Positions 50,582 to 59,911 of a stretch of 64,000 bases of DNA are shown here, piece after piece (position 1 is the first letter of the stretch; the number at the start of each line of letters is the position of its first letter). The notes under the pieces were generated by a model. That model was not told the DNA's origin, did no database searches, and saw only the letters and a program-made list of their open reading frames with translations. A program made the translations under genes and the position numbers. Location of the stretch: assembly GCA_965215335.1 (NCBI GenBank), contig CBDCDA010000002.1, positions 480,001 to 544,000 of the forward strand, given 5' to 3'. This DNA comes from an uncultured Candidatus Entotheonella sp. Lineage in GTDB: Bacteria > Tectomicrobia > Entotheonellia > Entotheonellales > Entotheonellaceae.

Positions 50582-51736
50582 CTAGCCCGGCGGCAGCCCC
50601 AACCCCCGCGTCGCCATGATGTTGCGCAGGATGGTAGAAGTGCCGCCCTGGATCGTGTAGGCGGGGGCATAGAGGTAGGCGCGCGCAACGCGGCCGTCCA
50701 GCGGCGCGCAGGGCGAGCCGGGGAGCAGTTGGCCATAGCCACCCATGAGCTCGCTGGCAGCCTGCGCCAGGCGTTGCTCGAATTCGGTGCAATACGCCTT
50801 GGCGGCTGCCGATTCGGCGTTCGGGATGACGCCTTGGGTGAGCAACCAGGCCATCCGGTAGATCATCAGCTTGCCCATGGTGAATTCGATGTGAAGCTGC
50901 GCCAGGCGGTGCCGCACCACCTGGCTGCGGTCCTTGCCGGTGTCGCGGACGTGACGCCGCACGGCGTCCATGAGCGCGTAGTTGCTCATCAGCCGCTCGA
51001 TGCCGCTGCGCTCGTAGTCGAGTTGCGAGGCGATCTGATACCAGCCGCGGTCCTTCTCCCCCACCAGCGTCTCCTGCGGGATGCGCACCTCATCGAAAAA
51101 CACCTCGTTGAAGTGATGGGCGCCGGTCATGTCCACGATGGGCTTGATGGTGATGCCCGGCGTTTTCATGTCCACCAGAAACTCGCTGATACCCCTGTGT
51201 TTGGGTCCGTCCGGCGTGGTGCGGGCCACCAGATAGCAGTAATCCGCCTGGTGCGCGAAGCTCGTCCAGATCTTCTGGCCGTGAAGCACGAATTCGTCCC
51301 CATCCTGTACGGCGCGGGTCTGCAAACCCGCCAGGTCCGAACCCGCCCCCGGTTCGCTCATGCCAATGCAAAACACCAGATCGCCGGAGACGATGCCTGG
51401 CAGAAAAGCGGCTTTCTGCGCCTCGGAGCCGTAACGCAGGATGGACGGCCCCATCTGCCGGTCCCCCAGCCAGTGCGCCGCCACCGGCGCCCCGTGGCGC
51501 AGCAGTTCCTCGGTGAGAATGAGGCGGTCAAGGTAGCTGCGACCCTGCCCGCCGTACGCCCTCGGCCACGTCAGGCCGATCCAGCCGCGGGCCGCCAGTT
51601 TCTTGGAGAATGCCCGGTCGAATCCGAGAATCCAGGCGTCTTCGGCCACCGCCTCCGAGGACGGCAACGCCTCCTGCAAAAAGTCGCGTATCGCCTTCCG
51701 AAAGGCTTCTTGTTCGGACGTAAAACGGAAGTCCAT
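50582..51736 (-). CDS. Acyl-CoA dehydrogenase family protein
   Basis: GMSEPGAGSDLA, GQKIWTS, FNEVFFD, TIQGGT. Confidence 0.93.
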   Translation of the reverse strand: MDFRFTSEQEAFRKAIRDFLQEALPSSEAVAEDAWILGFDRAFSKKLAARGWIGLTWPRAYGGQGRSYLDRLILTEELLRHGAPVAAHWLGDRQMGPSILRYGSEAQKAAFLPGIVSGDLVFCIGMSEPGAGSDLAGLQTRAVQDGDEFVLHGQKIWTSFAHQADYCYLVARTTPDGPKHRGISEFLVDMKTPGITIKPIVDMTGAHHFNEVFFDEVRIPQETLVGEKDRGWYQIASQLDYERSGIERLMSNYALMDAVRRHVRDTGKDRSQVVRHRLAQLHIEFTMGKLMIYRMAWLLTQGVIPNAESAAAKAYCTEFEQRLAQAASELMGGYGQLLPGSPCAPLDGRVARAYLYAPAYTIQGGTSTILRNIMATRGLGLPPG

Positions 51737-51754
51737 GACGCTCCATCAGGCCGC

Positions 51755-52552
51755 TCAAAGCCGGCGCTCGAACGTGATGCGTGTACCGACCGGTGCCTCG
51801 ACGCACGCCGCCGCATTGCCCTGCGTCAGGGCGATCTCCAGGGTATCGTTGCTGCTGACGAGCGCCACGAGACGACCTTCTGGCTGCGTGCCGTAGGTCG
51901 TGCAAAATGGCACCGTCCAGCGGCGCTCGTCGATTGTAAAGGTGAGATTCTGGCCAACCTGCGGCCCCGGCAGCAGTTCGGGGGTCACGTTGGTGACGAT
52001 GTTGCCGTAATGGTCGATGTGCACGATTTCACCCACTGCGGCCTGCCCAGCGGCACATGGTGGGCTGACGGGGAACGTGATCAGCGTTTCCACCCGCGGC
52101 CCGAAGTCAGCCGCCGGCACCCCACTGGCAAGATGCGCCGCCGCCGGACCAAAGACATCCCGCCCGTGAAAGGTCGACGAAACCCGCCGCAGAAAAAAAG
52201 CGGTCTCCGTCAGTTCGTACGCCTCGCGCAGCCCCTGAGCCGCCAGCACGTGGGTGAACACGCCGTTATCCGGCCCGACGAACCACCTGCCGGACTGCGT
52301 GGCGCACAGCACCGGACGGCGCGGCGTGCCGACGCCGGGATCGACCACCGTCACCACGATGCTGTCGGCCGGCAGATAGCGGCTGGCCGCCTCCAGCAAA
52401 TAGGCCGCCTGGCGCACGTCGAACGCTGCCGCCTCGTGATTCAGATCAATTATCGTCAGGGACGCATTGATGCTCAGAATGACGCCCTTCATCTGCGCCA
52501 CGTAGGCATCCCGCACCCCGAAGTCGGTGAACAAGGCAATGATCCGTTTCAC
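51755..52552 (-). CDS. SAM hydroxide adenosyltransferase (DUF62 SAM hydrolase)
   Basis: TDFG, VVDPGVGTPRR, GPDNG, TFHGRDVF, IDHYGN. Confidence 0.88.
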   Translation of the reverse strand: MKRIIALFTDFGVRDAYVAQMKGVILSINASLTIIDLNHEAAAFDVRQAAYLLEAASRYLPADSIVVTVVDPGVGTPRRPVLCATQSGRWFVGPDNGVFTHVLAAQGLREAYELTETAFFLRRVSSTFHGRDVFGPAAAHLASGVPAADFGPRVETLITFPVSPPCAAGQAAVGEIVHIDHYGNIVTNVTPELLPGPQVGQNLTFTIDERRWTVPFCTTYGTQPEGRLVALVSSNDTLEIALTQGNAAACVEAPVGTRITFERRL

Positions 52553-52665
52553 CCTGTCGCTCCGCGGCTCGGCAGGATTGTGTTCGCTCGGCGTTCATGC
52601 GCGCCGCCGATTGGTAGCATGGCGCCCCGTCAAGCCCGACAAGGTCGTTTCAGAGGCACCCGTCA

Positions 52666-52983
52666 TGCAGTCTGTCTGGTGGGATGGTTGGCGCTGGGTG
52701 TGCGGCTCGGCGAAGCGCAGGACCTCCTTCGCGCTGCCCTTGCTCGTCCTGCTCCTCCTCGTGGCGATCATTGAACTGCTGCGCAGCCGGCAGGGCTACG
52801 AATTGTTCATGTGCCCCTGCCCCACGCCGGTGGCAGTCGTCGGCATCCAGTGCGGCGAGGGCATCCCGCACACCAACCCGCCCGACACCTGCCAGATTGC
52901 GGACCATCGACCGGCTCTACGTCATCGCCGCCGAACGCCCGTCGTTCGCGCCCGTGCGACAGGGCGCTCAACTTGCCCCGTAG
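52666..52983 (+). other. Possible small membrane-anchored Cys-rich protein gene, apparently frameshifted near 52900
   Basis: MQSVWW...LPLLVLLLLVAII...CPCP...C...C with host-like codons; a coding-like continuation RTIDRLYVIAAE lies in another frame. Confidence 0.3.
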
Positions 52984-53375
52984 TAACGCACCTCGATACG
53001 CCGGGCCTCGGGGTCCGAGAAGTAGATCGAGGTGCCGTTGCCGTGCGCTCCCCAGCGAGTGACCGGCCCTTCCTCGATCGCCACACCGTGCACCGCCAGG
53101 TGCGCCATCAAGCGCGGCATGTCGTCTTCGCTCAGCACCAGGCAGAAGTGGTCGAGATCGCTGCGCTCCGGCGTTGCGTCGGCGCTTTCGGCAACGGGAA
53201 ACAAGTCGATGACCGTATCCGCACTGACCCGCACGGACGGGAATGGTGCCCGCCCACGCCGGAATTCCACCAGCCGTTCGGCCGGTAGCCCCAGCACGTT
53301 CTGGTAGAAATCCAGCACACTGTCCATGGCGCGCACGTTCAGAACGATGTGATCCATGGCCGTCATGCGGAACAT
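52968..53375 (-). CDS. VOC/glyoxalase family protein
   Basis: MDHIVLNV, FYQNVLG, DHFCL, SIYFSDPE...IE. Confidence 0.88.
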   Translation of the reverse strand: MFRMTAMDHIVLNVRAMDSVLDFYQNVLGLPAERLVEFRRGRAPFPSVRVSADTVIDLFPVAESADATPERSDLDHFCLVLSEDDMPRLMAHLAVHGVAIEEGPVTRWGAHGNGTSIYFSDPEARRIEVRYYGAS

Positions 53376-53378
53376 GTT

Positions 53379-53627
53379 TCATTCTCCATGGCAACGGAAA
53401 CGGGTCTGCTCATCCAGCTCGTCATCGCTGGGTGCCAACGAGCGCAGGTCCTTTTCCGAGGCCGGCTCGCCCGGCAGGCGGTAGTCGCCGGCGGCCCAGA
53501 CGCCCAGGTCGATCAGGCGGCAGCGTTCGGAGCAAAAGGGGAAGGTCGCCGTTCCGGGCCACGTCACCTCGTGCTCGCAGTGCGGACACTGCCGGCGTAG
53601 CTGTCGCTTGCCGCGGTCCTCATTCAT
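53379..53627 (-). CDS. yacG: DNA gyrase inhibitor YacG
   Basis: CPHC...PFCSERCRLIDLGVW...Y. Confidence 0.9.
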   Translation of the reverse strand: MNEDRGKRQLRRQCPHCEHEVTWPGTATFPFCSERCRLIDLGVWAAGDYRLPGEPASEKDLRSLAPSDDELDEQTRFRCHGE

Positions 53628-53665
53628 CGGGTCGCCTCGTAAGCGCAGGCACTGACAGGATGGCC

Positions 53666-53890
53666 CTACGCATCAAGCTGATCCTCAGCCAGCACGGGGG
53701 TGTGCCGACACGCTTCCAGCTGGGTGCAGGTATATTGCAGGGTTTCTTCGGCGTGTTCCAGGATATGGTCAGCATACTCGCTGTTGCCGTGATGGGCGGC
53801 GAAATCAGCAGCCGCATACTGCGCCTCAGCGGCACAACTGGCATCAATGATGAAGGTTTCCCGATGTTCGACAGATACTCGGAATCGCAC
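53666..53890 (-). CDS. Small hypothetical protein
   Basis: GTG start with GAGGTG RBS; co-oriented between cinA and yacG; no recognised motif. Confidence 0.5.
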   Translation of the reverse strand: MRFRVSVEHRETFIIDASCAAEAQYAAADFAAHHGNSEYADHILEHAEETLQYTCTQLEACRHTPVLAEDQLDA

Positions 53891-54018
53891 GAAAATCACC
53901 TCTTCCCGGCGCCCTGCTCGACGCGGACAAGTTGGATTCATCGGCCCTCTGACGGCCCACGTCAGCCTAGCACAGCCCTCGAACCCTGTCTACGCGCCCG
54001 CTGGCTATAGCCCATGCC

Positions 54019-55296
54019 TTACCCCACACGCTTCTCAAAATCGATCTTCTCGTCGATCGGCAGCCCTTGCAACAACCGTCGCACGCTATCGAGGGCCATT
54101 TCAATCGCCCCTGACCGCACCCAGTCACGCCCGCCGACCAGATAGCTGCAACGCCCCGCCACGCCTTCCCCCGCAACGATGGCAAGCGCGATGGCACCGC
54201 CTTCCTCCCGGCCGTCGGTGCCTGCCTGCAGGTCCACCAGGACCGCCAAGCCATGCGAGGCGCCGCTTTGCCGGCGCGCCACCTCGGCCATGGATGCCGC
54301 CAAATCCGCAGTCGGCATGCTGTCGGGCAGCGCCTCGGGCATGGACAGCGCCGCAGCCAGTGCGGCGCCGCTGCACGCCACGGTGCCGCGCCGAAACACG
54401 CTCTCGGCGCCGGGCAACGCCGCCAGCCGCGCCGCCACCTGCCCACCGGTCAGCGTCTCGACGACCGCCAGGGTCGCCTGCCGCTCGGTCAGCAACGACA
54501 GCACCACGCCCTCCAGCGTTTCGTCGTCCTCGGCCAGGATGAAGTTGCCGATGCGGCGTCGAACCTCATGCTCCACCGGCGCCAGCTTCGCCGCCATGTC
54601 CGCCTGATCCTGCCCGCGCACCGTGAGCTTGATTTCCAATTGCGGGTAGTGGGCACGAAAGCCGAGTTTCACGCCACCCTCCGGCGCCAGGGCCGCCACG
54701 CCGTCGAGCAAGGCATCGACGTGCGATTCCCCCAATCCGAAGGAGTGAAACCGTTTCAGGTGAATCACCGCCTGGCTGCCGCTGCGCTGCAGCAGACGCG
54801 GCAGAATTTCGTGCTCCAGCATGGGACGCAATTCGCGCGGCACGCCGGGGGTGAAATAGAATCGCGCCTTTCCAATGGTGACGCCGAAGCCGCACGCCGT
54901 ACCCACGCGATTGTCGATGAGCTCGGCCCCGGTCGGCAACATGGCCTGCTTGACGTTGTTCGGCGACATCTCGCGCCCGCGCCGCGCAAACATCTCCTTC
55001 ATGCGCGCCAGCCAGCCCTCGTGCAGTTCCAGTTCGACCCCCGCCGCCCGCGCCGCTATCTCTTGCGACAGGTCATCCACGGTCGGCCCCAATCCGCCAT
55101 TGACGATCACCGCATCGGCCCGCCCGCCGGCGGCCCGGAACGCCTGCAGCAGATCCTCGTGGTCGTCGCCAACGGTCGTCTCCCATTTGACGGACAAGCC
55201 GTGATCTTCGAGCTTCTGGGTGATGTACGTGAAGTTCGTGTTGACGATCTTGCCGGTCAAGACCTCGTCGCCTGTGCAAATGACCTCGATGCGCAT
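54019..55296 (-). CDS. cinA: CinA-family protein (MocF-like domain plus degenerate PncC domain)
   Basis: GDEVLTG...NTN, VGDD, GGLGPTVDD, GTACG, PGVPRE, GES; C-terminal ETLTGG. Confidence 0.85.
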   Translation of the reverse strand: MRIEVICTGDEVLTGKIVNTNFTYITQKLEDHGLSVKWETTVGDDHEDLLQAFRAAGGRADAVIVNGGLGPTVDDLSQEIAARAAGVELELHEGWLARMKEMFARRGREMSPNNVKQAMLPTGAELIDNRVGTACGFGVTIGKARFYFTPGVPRELRPMLEHEILPRLLQRSGSQAVIHLKRFHSFGLGESHVDALLDGVAALAPEGGVKLGFRAHYPQLEIKLTVRGQDQADMAAKLAPVEHEVRRRIGNFILAEDDETLEGVVLSLLTERQATLAVVETLTGGQVAARLAALPGAESVFRRGTVACSGAALAAALSMPEALPDSMPTADLAASMAEVARRQSGASHGLAVLVDLQAGTDGREEGGAIALAIVAGEGVAGRCSYLVGGRDWVRSGAIEMALDSVRRLLQGLPIDEKIDFEKRVG

Positions 55297-55313
55297 GGTG
55301 CTCCTCGCTCCCC

Positions 55314-57083
55314 TCAGCCGTGCCGCGGTGGCTCGAGAGCGAAGAGACCAAACATTTCCTCGCTGCTCAATCTTGCGGACAGATTCAAGGACACGTCGTC
55401 AATGAGCTGATCGAACAGGTTTTGCTTGCGCTTCAAAATCGCGTCGATCCTTTCTTCAATGGTGCCGGTGCAGGCATACTTGATCACGTTCACCTTGGCC
55501 GTCTGCCCGAAGCGATGGCTGCGGTCCTCGGCCTGACGTTCGACGGCGGGATTCCACCAGCGGTCCAGGTGGAACACGTACGACGCCTCCTGCAGGTTCA
55601 GGCCGACGCCGCCCGCCCGCAGGGAGATCACCAGGACTTTGTGCGTGTCAGTCGTCTTGAAGCGGGCAAGGACGCTTGCCCGCTGGCTCTGGGCCATGTC
55701 GCCCGTGAGGGTAAGCGGCTTGAACGCTTTCAGATAGCCGGCTGCTGCCGCAACGCCAAAGGTTGCACTGGCATATTGGGAGAAGACCAGGGCTCTGTGA
55801 CCTTGGGCTGCCAACTGGCCCAATCTTTCCCGGATATCTCTCAATTTGCTCGAATGGCCTGTTTCCGGGTGCGCGTTGCAGATTTGCTTCAGCCGCGTGA
55901 TCAATTCAAGCACGTGTCGGACACGCACTTCGGCGCCAAGGGACCTCAGATATACAATGCCCTCGCGCTCGGCCCTGTCATAGCTTTCCTTCTGCCTGGC
56001 GTGCAAGGGAATGAGCACCTTCGTCACCTGTTTGGGCGGCAGATCGTCCAGGACATCGCCCTTCTTGCGCCTGAGCTGCAATTGCCGATGGCGGCGCAGC
56101 AGTTCCACCCCCGGCCGGTAATGTCTGGACGAGGCGAGACCGGCATGGTCCACGAATTCGAGAAGGGAGGCCAACTCCTCTTCATCGTTCTCGACAGGCG
56201 TTCCGGTCAGCGCCCAGGAGCGTCGTCTTTGCAAGCCTTTGAGGGCATCGCTGGTAGCGTTCCGGTTCTTGATGCGCTGCGCCTCGTCGGCGACCACCAC
56301 GTCCCAGACTTTCCGCCGCACCGGGGCTCGCTTGTTGCTGCCGAAATCTGACTTCAAGGTCTCATAACTCACCAGCGTCACGTGGACCTTTGCTCCCCAT
56401 TGCCACGCACGATCGGCTATGGGACCGCGTACGATGATGGCGCGAAGCTCCGGCGCCCATTTTTCAAGCTCCCGTCGCCATTGATCCAGAAGGCTTGCCG
56501 GAGTCACCACCAGTACGGCGTCGATCACACGTTGCGCACAGAGAATGCGCACCGCAGCGATGGCCTGAAGCGTCTTGCCGAGTCCCATGTCGTCGGCCAG
56601 CAACAGCCGCTCGCTGTTGACCAGTGCCCGCACCCCGTCCTTCTGGAACGACATGAGGTCACTTGGCCACTTCAGGGCGGTGTCCGGTTCCAGCAATAAG
56701 GATTCCAGTGACGGGGCGAGGACCCTTCGCAACCGATCCACTAACGAAGATCGCGAATCTTCACCGACTTTCCGGGTGCGGTTGCCTGGGCGGGACGAGG
56801 CACCGGATGATGGGCGCTCAGCCTGGGAAACGGCTGTCCTCGATAACGGTTCTCGTAGAGCCGACAGCGCCACGACCCTGGCCGGCTCAGGAACACTGAC
56901 GGCAGGCAGGGCCAGCCACGCCGCTGGTGCCGGCGTACAAGATGCGGGCGAGACGACTTCCGCTGGGTCGGGCATCGAAGCGGCTGGAGTGATCCGTAAA
57001 GGCATCCCCGCTTCCACCTCGGGCCGAAACAGGCGTTGAAAAAGAGAACGTCGTTTTTCCTGCTGTCCTGGCTGCCACCACAT
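55314..57083 (-). CDS. SNF2-family helicase/translocase (start may be TTG at 57107)
   Basis: LLADDMGLGKT, DEAQ, LTGTP, LVFSQY, GGVGLNL, WWNPAVERQAEDRSHRFGQ; Pro/Ala/Ser-rich N-terminus. Confidence 0.93.
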   Translation of the reverse strand: MWWQPGQQEKRRSLFQRLFRPEVEAGMPLRITPAASMPDPAEVVSPASCTPAPAAWLALPAVSVPEPARVVALSALREPLSRTAVSQAERPSSGASSRPGNRTRKVGEDSRSSLVDRLRRVLAPSLESLLLEPDTALKWPSDLMSFQKDGVRALVNSERLLLADDMGLGKTLQAIAAVRILCAQRVIDAVLVVTPASLLDQWRRELEKWAPELRAIIVRGPIADRAWQWGAKVHVTLVSYETLKSDFGSNKRAPVRRKVWDVVVADEAQRIKNRNATSDALKGLQRRRSWALTGTPVENDEEELASLLEFVDHAGLASSRHYRPGVELLRRHRQLQLRRKKGDVLDDLPPKQVTKVLIPLHARQKESYDRAEREGIVYLRSLGAEVRVRHVLELITRLKQICNAHPETGHSSKLRDIRERLGQLAAQGHRALVFSQYASATFGVAAAAGYLKAFKPLTLTGDMAQSQRASVLARFKTTDTHKVLVISLRAGGVGLNLQEASYVFHLDRWWNPAVERQAEDRSHRFGQTAKVNVIKYACTGTIEERIDAILKRKQNLFDQLIDDVSLNLSARLSSEEMFGLFALEPPRHG

Positions 57084-57093
57084 GGAATAACGG

Positions 57094-57654
57094 TCACCTG
57101 CCGTCAAAGGCTTCTTCCAGACCGGCGGCGGCTCTCTCGAAAGGCTCGAGCGGGTCGTGCCGGTGCATGAAGCCATCCAAAAGCCGTATCGCCTCCGACG
57201 CGTCGTCGGGCTGTTCCGTCGCCCACCTCAGGCTCACCTCCCCGGCCGGTCGGGAATCCGCCGTAGCGGCCTGTACCGGCGTCTTGGAAGGGCCGACCAG
57301 ACAAAGGGGCACCTGCACTTGAATATCGTCCACGAATAACTGCGGCGGTATTTCATCGGCAAGGCCAAGAATCAACATGGGGACCCGGTTTGCGGCCTGG
57401 AAGAGCACCTTGACGAGAGCCGTCACGGCCTGCCGGCGAGCGTCGCCCCGGCGCCACAGAAACGAGTGGTGAACATCAATGCGGGTGAAACAGAAATCCA
57501 CAGGTTCACCCCGCCCGGAGGTCAGAAAAAGGGCGCCCCTGACGCCTTTTCCATCGGCTTCATCCACGAACCGCAGGAAACCCACGGTGCCGGTGGGATC
57601 AGCCTCTCTAAGGTCCTCGAAAGGAACTGACAACTCGGTATTCCTCAAGGGCAA
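57094..57654 (-). CDS. Hypothetical protein (cassette gene 4)
   Basis: 186 aa; TTG start abuts the upstream TGA; beta-rich N-terminus, C-terminal EPFERAAAGLEEAF. Confidence 0.75.
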   Translation of the reverse strand: MPLRNTELSVPFEDLREADPTGTVGFLRFVDEADGKGVRGALFLTSGRGEPVDFCFTRIDVHHSFLWRRGDARRQAVTALVKVLFQAANRVPMLILGLADEIPPQLFVDDIQVQVPLCLVGPSKTPVQAATADSRPAGEVSLRWATEQPDDASEAIRLLDGFMHRHDPLEPFERAAAGLEEAFDGR

Positions 57655-58929
57655 TCAGGACTCGATCCTTGCCTCGTTCGCTCCGTTTTCCCCTTCCCAT
57701 GTCGGCTCGGGATTCTCATGATAACCAGGTCGGTAGTCGACCCCATCTGTTTCAGGCCGGGAATTCGGAACCAAGCGCATCAAGTCCCATTCATTGATTG
57801 CAGCTCGGACCTTATATCTCATCCTGCTGCGATGCCCCGCTCCGCCCGCCGTGCTCTCCACTCGCGGAGCCTCCCAGGCGTAGGCGATGCTATAGATGTG
57901 CCGTAGCTTTTCGACCGTCGTCGTCACCTGTTCAGCCGTCGGGGGCTCCAGCTGGATGGCCTCCCGTTCGAGCACGCGCATACCCGTTTCAGCCCTGGCT
58001 GCAAGAGCAGCTTCCCCACGCGAACGCAGCCAGTGACCCACATAGTCACGGTCTTGCTTGCCGCCCACACCCAAAATAGCGGCAGCGAAGTCGTCCGTCA
58101 CGGTGCCCGCGACAACGAGCCCCGGGTATGCTTCACCGGGAACCTTCCCCAGCCAGCGGGCCAGTTCTGCGTAGGACCTGACTCTTTGCGGCCGACTATA
58201 TGAACCAATCAATTCGATTTCGTCCAGCAGCACGACCCAGCCCTTGTAACCCGCACCCTTTATCAGTTCGGTTGCAAACCGCAATCGTTGCGGAGGTAGT
58301 TCACTCATCTTAGGCGCTCTGAAGACGTAACTCTGTAACTGCCCTATCGCCCTGAGGCCGTCCTTGACCCTGGAAACCTTGATGCGCCCTCCCGACCAGA
58401 AGGCTCTGATGTCGCTGATCAGTTCCGGGTCGCCTGCCTTTTCATGGACGACCAGCGTCGCCGGGAACATGCGATGCAGTCCGTTTCGCTCGCAATCGAC
58501 CCATTTGAGGAAACGGGCGTATGCCTCCGAATTTTCATGCCGCCCGATCCCGAGTTCTTCCATCAACTGCCCGGAGCGGCCCGGCATGCGTCCATGGTCT
58601 GCTGCGGCTTTGAAAACTTTGCCCAGGTCGTACAGGGGCGTTTCCTTGCTGACGGCCACCCGGCTGCAGACAAACCCTTGCGATAACGCCTGATGTTCCA
58701 GATAGGAGAGCAGGTGGGATTTTCCCGCACCGAAGCCGCCGGAAACCAGCATCCCCAGAGAACTGGCAGGGGGATCCTGTTGATCCGCACACTGCCGCAG
58801 GAGGGTGGTGAACTGCTTTTCCGCCCGGGGTTGATGACACCCCAGTACCTTTACCGCTTCCTGGTTAGGCACCCCGCTGCGCAGGGCTTCCAGCGCCCGC
58901 CGGTACGTAAAAGCGCGTTTTCCATCCAT
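57655..58929 (-). CDS. DUF2791/BrxD-like P-loop ATPase
   Basis: ALEALRSGVP N-terminus, Walker A GGFGAGKS, SKETP, Walker B VVLLDEIE; alternative GTG start at 58941. Confidence 0.82.
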   Translation of the reverse strand: MDGKRAFTYRRALEALRSGVPNQEAVKVLGCHQPRAEKQFTTLLRQCADQQDPPASSLGMLVSGGFGAGKSHLLSYLEHQALSQGFVCSRVAVSKETPLYDLGKVFKAAADHGRMPGRSGQLMEELGIGRHENSEAYARFLKWVDCERNGLHRMFPATLVVHEKAGDPELISDIRAFWSGGRIKVSRVKDGLRAIGQLQSYVFRAPKMSELPPQRLRFATELIKGAGYKGWVVLLDEIELIGSYSRPQRVRSYAELARWLGKVPGEAYPGLVVAGTVTDDFAAAILGVGGKQDRDYVGHWLRSRGEAALAARAETGMRVLEREAIQLEPPTAEQVTTTVEKLRHIYSIAYAWEAPRVESTAGGAGHRSRMRYKVRAAINEWDLMRLVPNSRPETDGVDYRPGYHENPEPTWEGENGANEARIES

Positions 58930-58954
58930 GTCCGTCTCCACGGGCGGGCTCTCT

Positions 58955-59911
58955 TCAGGACAGTCGCACCAGGGAAGCCATGGGATTCACCTGGTTCTTG
59001 TCGTGGACGTCATCCATGATTCTCGTCATCAGGGCCTGGTAGATGTGGTATCCCTTGGGACCGGTCTCATCAAGGAATTCGTCATTGGTGACGACGACCA
59101 TCAAAGCCCCCGTCAGCTGGTCCGTTGCATCGACGAACTCCCTCAAGACCTCGTAGTGGTCCATGGCCATGGCCCGGGTGTAGTGCCTCAGCCCATCTCT
59201 CGGATTGCGGGGCAGGGTGACGCGGGAGTTGTCGAACAGGATGACGGTCCCGGCATAGCCTGCGTAGCGGAACCAATAAAGAGCCGATTCAATGAAGCGC
59301 CTCGCCGTCGTCCGGTTGATACCGGTGTAAACCGAAAATGATTTGACGTGACTCACTCTCGTAACCGCGCCGGTCAGCCAGTCGATCAAGGGCTGGCCAA
59401 CGTAGGGACCATCCCCACTCGTGTTCTCGCATTGGCAGAAATGGGACATCGCGACCCTGAAATCTTTCGCCATGTGGCGATTCTTGGCGACGCCGCTGTC
59501 GATGAACGGCAGCAACTCCCTGTAAATCGACTCCGACTCGAGCCCGATTGCCTCTCCGATGGCCGCAAAGGGGTTGCAGTCCCGACGGTGATCAAGGTGA
59601 TCGACCCGGTGGCCCCTCTCTTTAGCCAGCTTCAGAATCAGGCGGCGCGCCAACAGGCGCCAATCCACCTGATTCGCCATCCCGAAGAAGATGTCCTGGG
59701 GCATGTGAACCCGGGTCGCCACCGCGTCGAGTTTGACAACCACGTAATCCGATGCCCGGCATCGACTCTCCATCGCTTCATGCAATGCCGCCTTCAGGTC
59801 CTCTCGCGTCACGGCAAACTTGATGGACGCACCGCCGTCTCTGATGAATGACGACAGGTATTCGGAATCGATGAACCGCAGCCATTCGTGCAGCGGCATG
59901 GTGTTGGCCAT
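58955..59911 (-). CDS. DUF2791/BrxD-like protein with degenerate Walker A
   Basis: EYLSSFIRDGGASIKFAV with no GxxGxGK following; DWLTG, AGYAGTVILFD, YEVLREFVD, YQALMTRI. Confidence 0.7.
   Translation of the reverse strand: MANTMPLHEWLRFIDSEYLSSFIRDGGASIKFAVTREDLKAALHEAMESRCRASDYVVVKLDAVATRVHMPQDIFFGMANQVDWRLLARRLILKLAKERGHRVDHLDHRRDCNPFAAIGEAIGLESESIYRELLPFIDSGVAKNRHMAKDFRVAMSHFCQCENTSGDGPYVGQPLIDWLTGAVTRVSHVKSFSVYTGINRTTARRFIESALYWFRYAGYAGTVILFDNSRVTLPRNPRDGLRHYTRAMAMDHYEVLREFVDATDQLTGALMVVVTNDEFLDETGPKGYHIYQALMTRIMDDVHDKNQVNPMASLVRLS

Noticed and set aside
51755..52552. Fluorinase/chlorinase
   Set aside because: It keeps the Asp-Arg-His triad motifs (VVDPG, RR, TFHGRD) of DUF62 SAM hydrolases, which halogenases lack.
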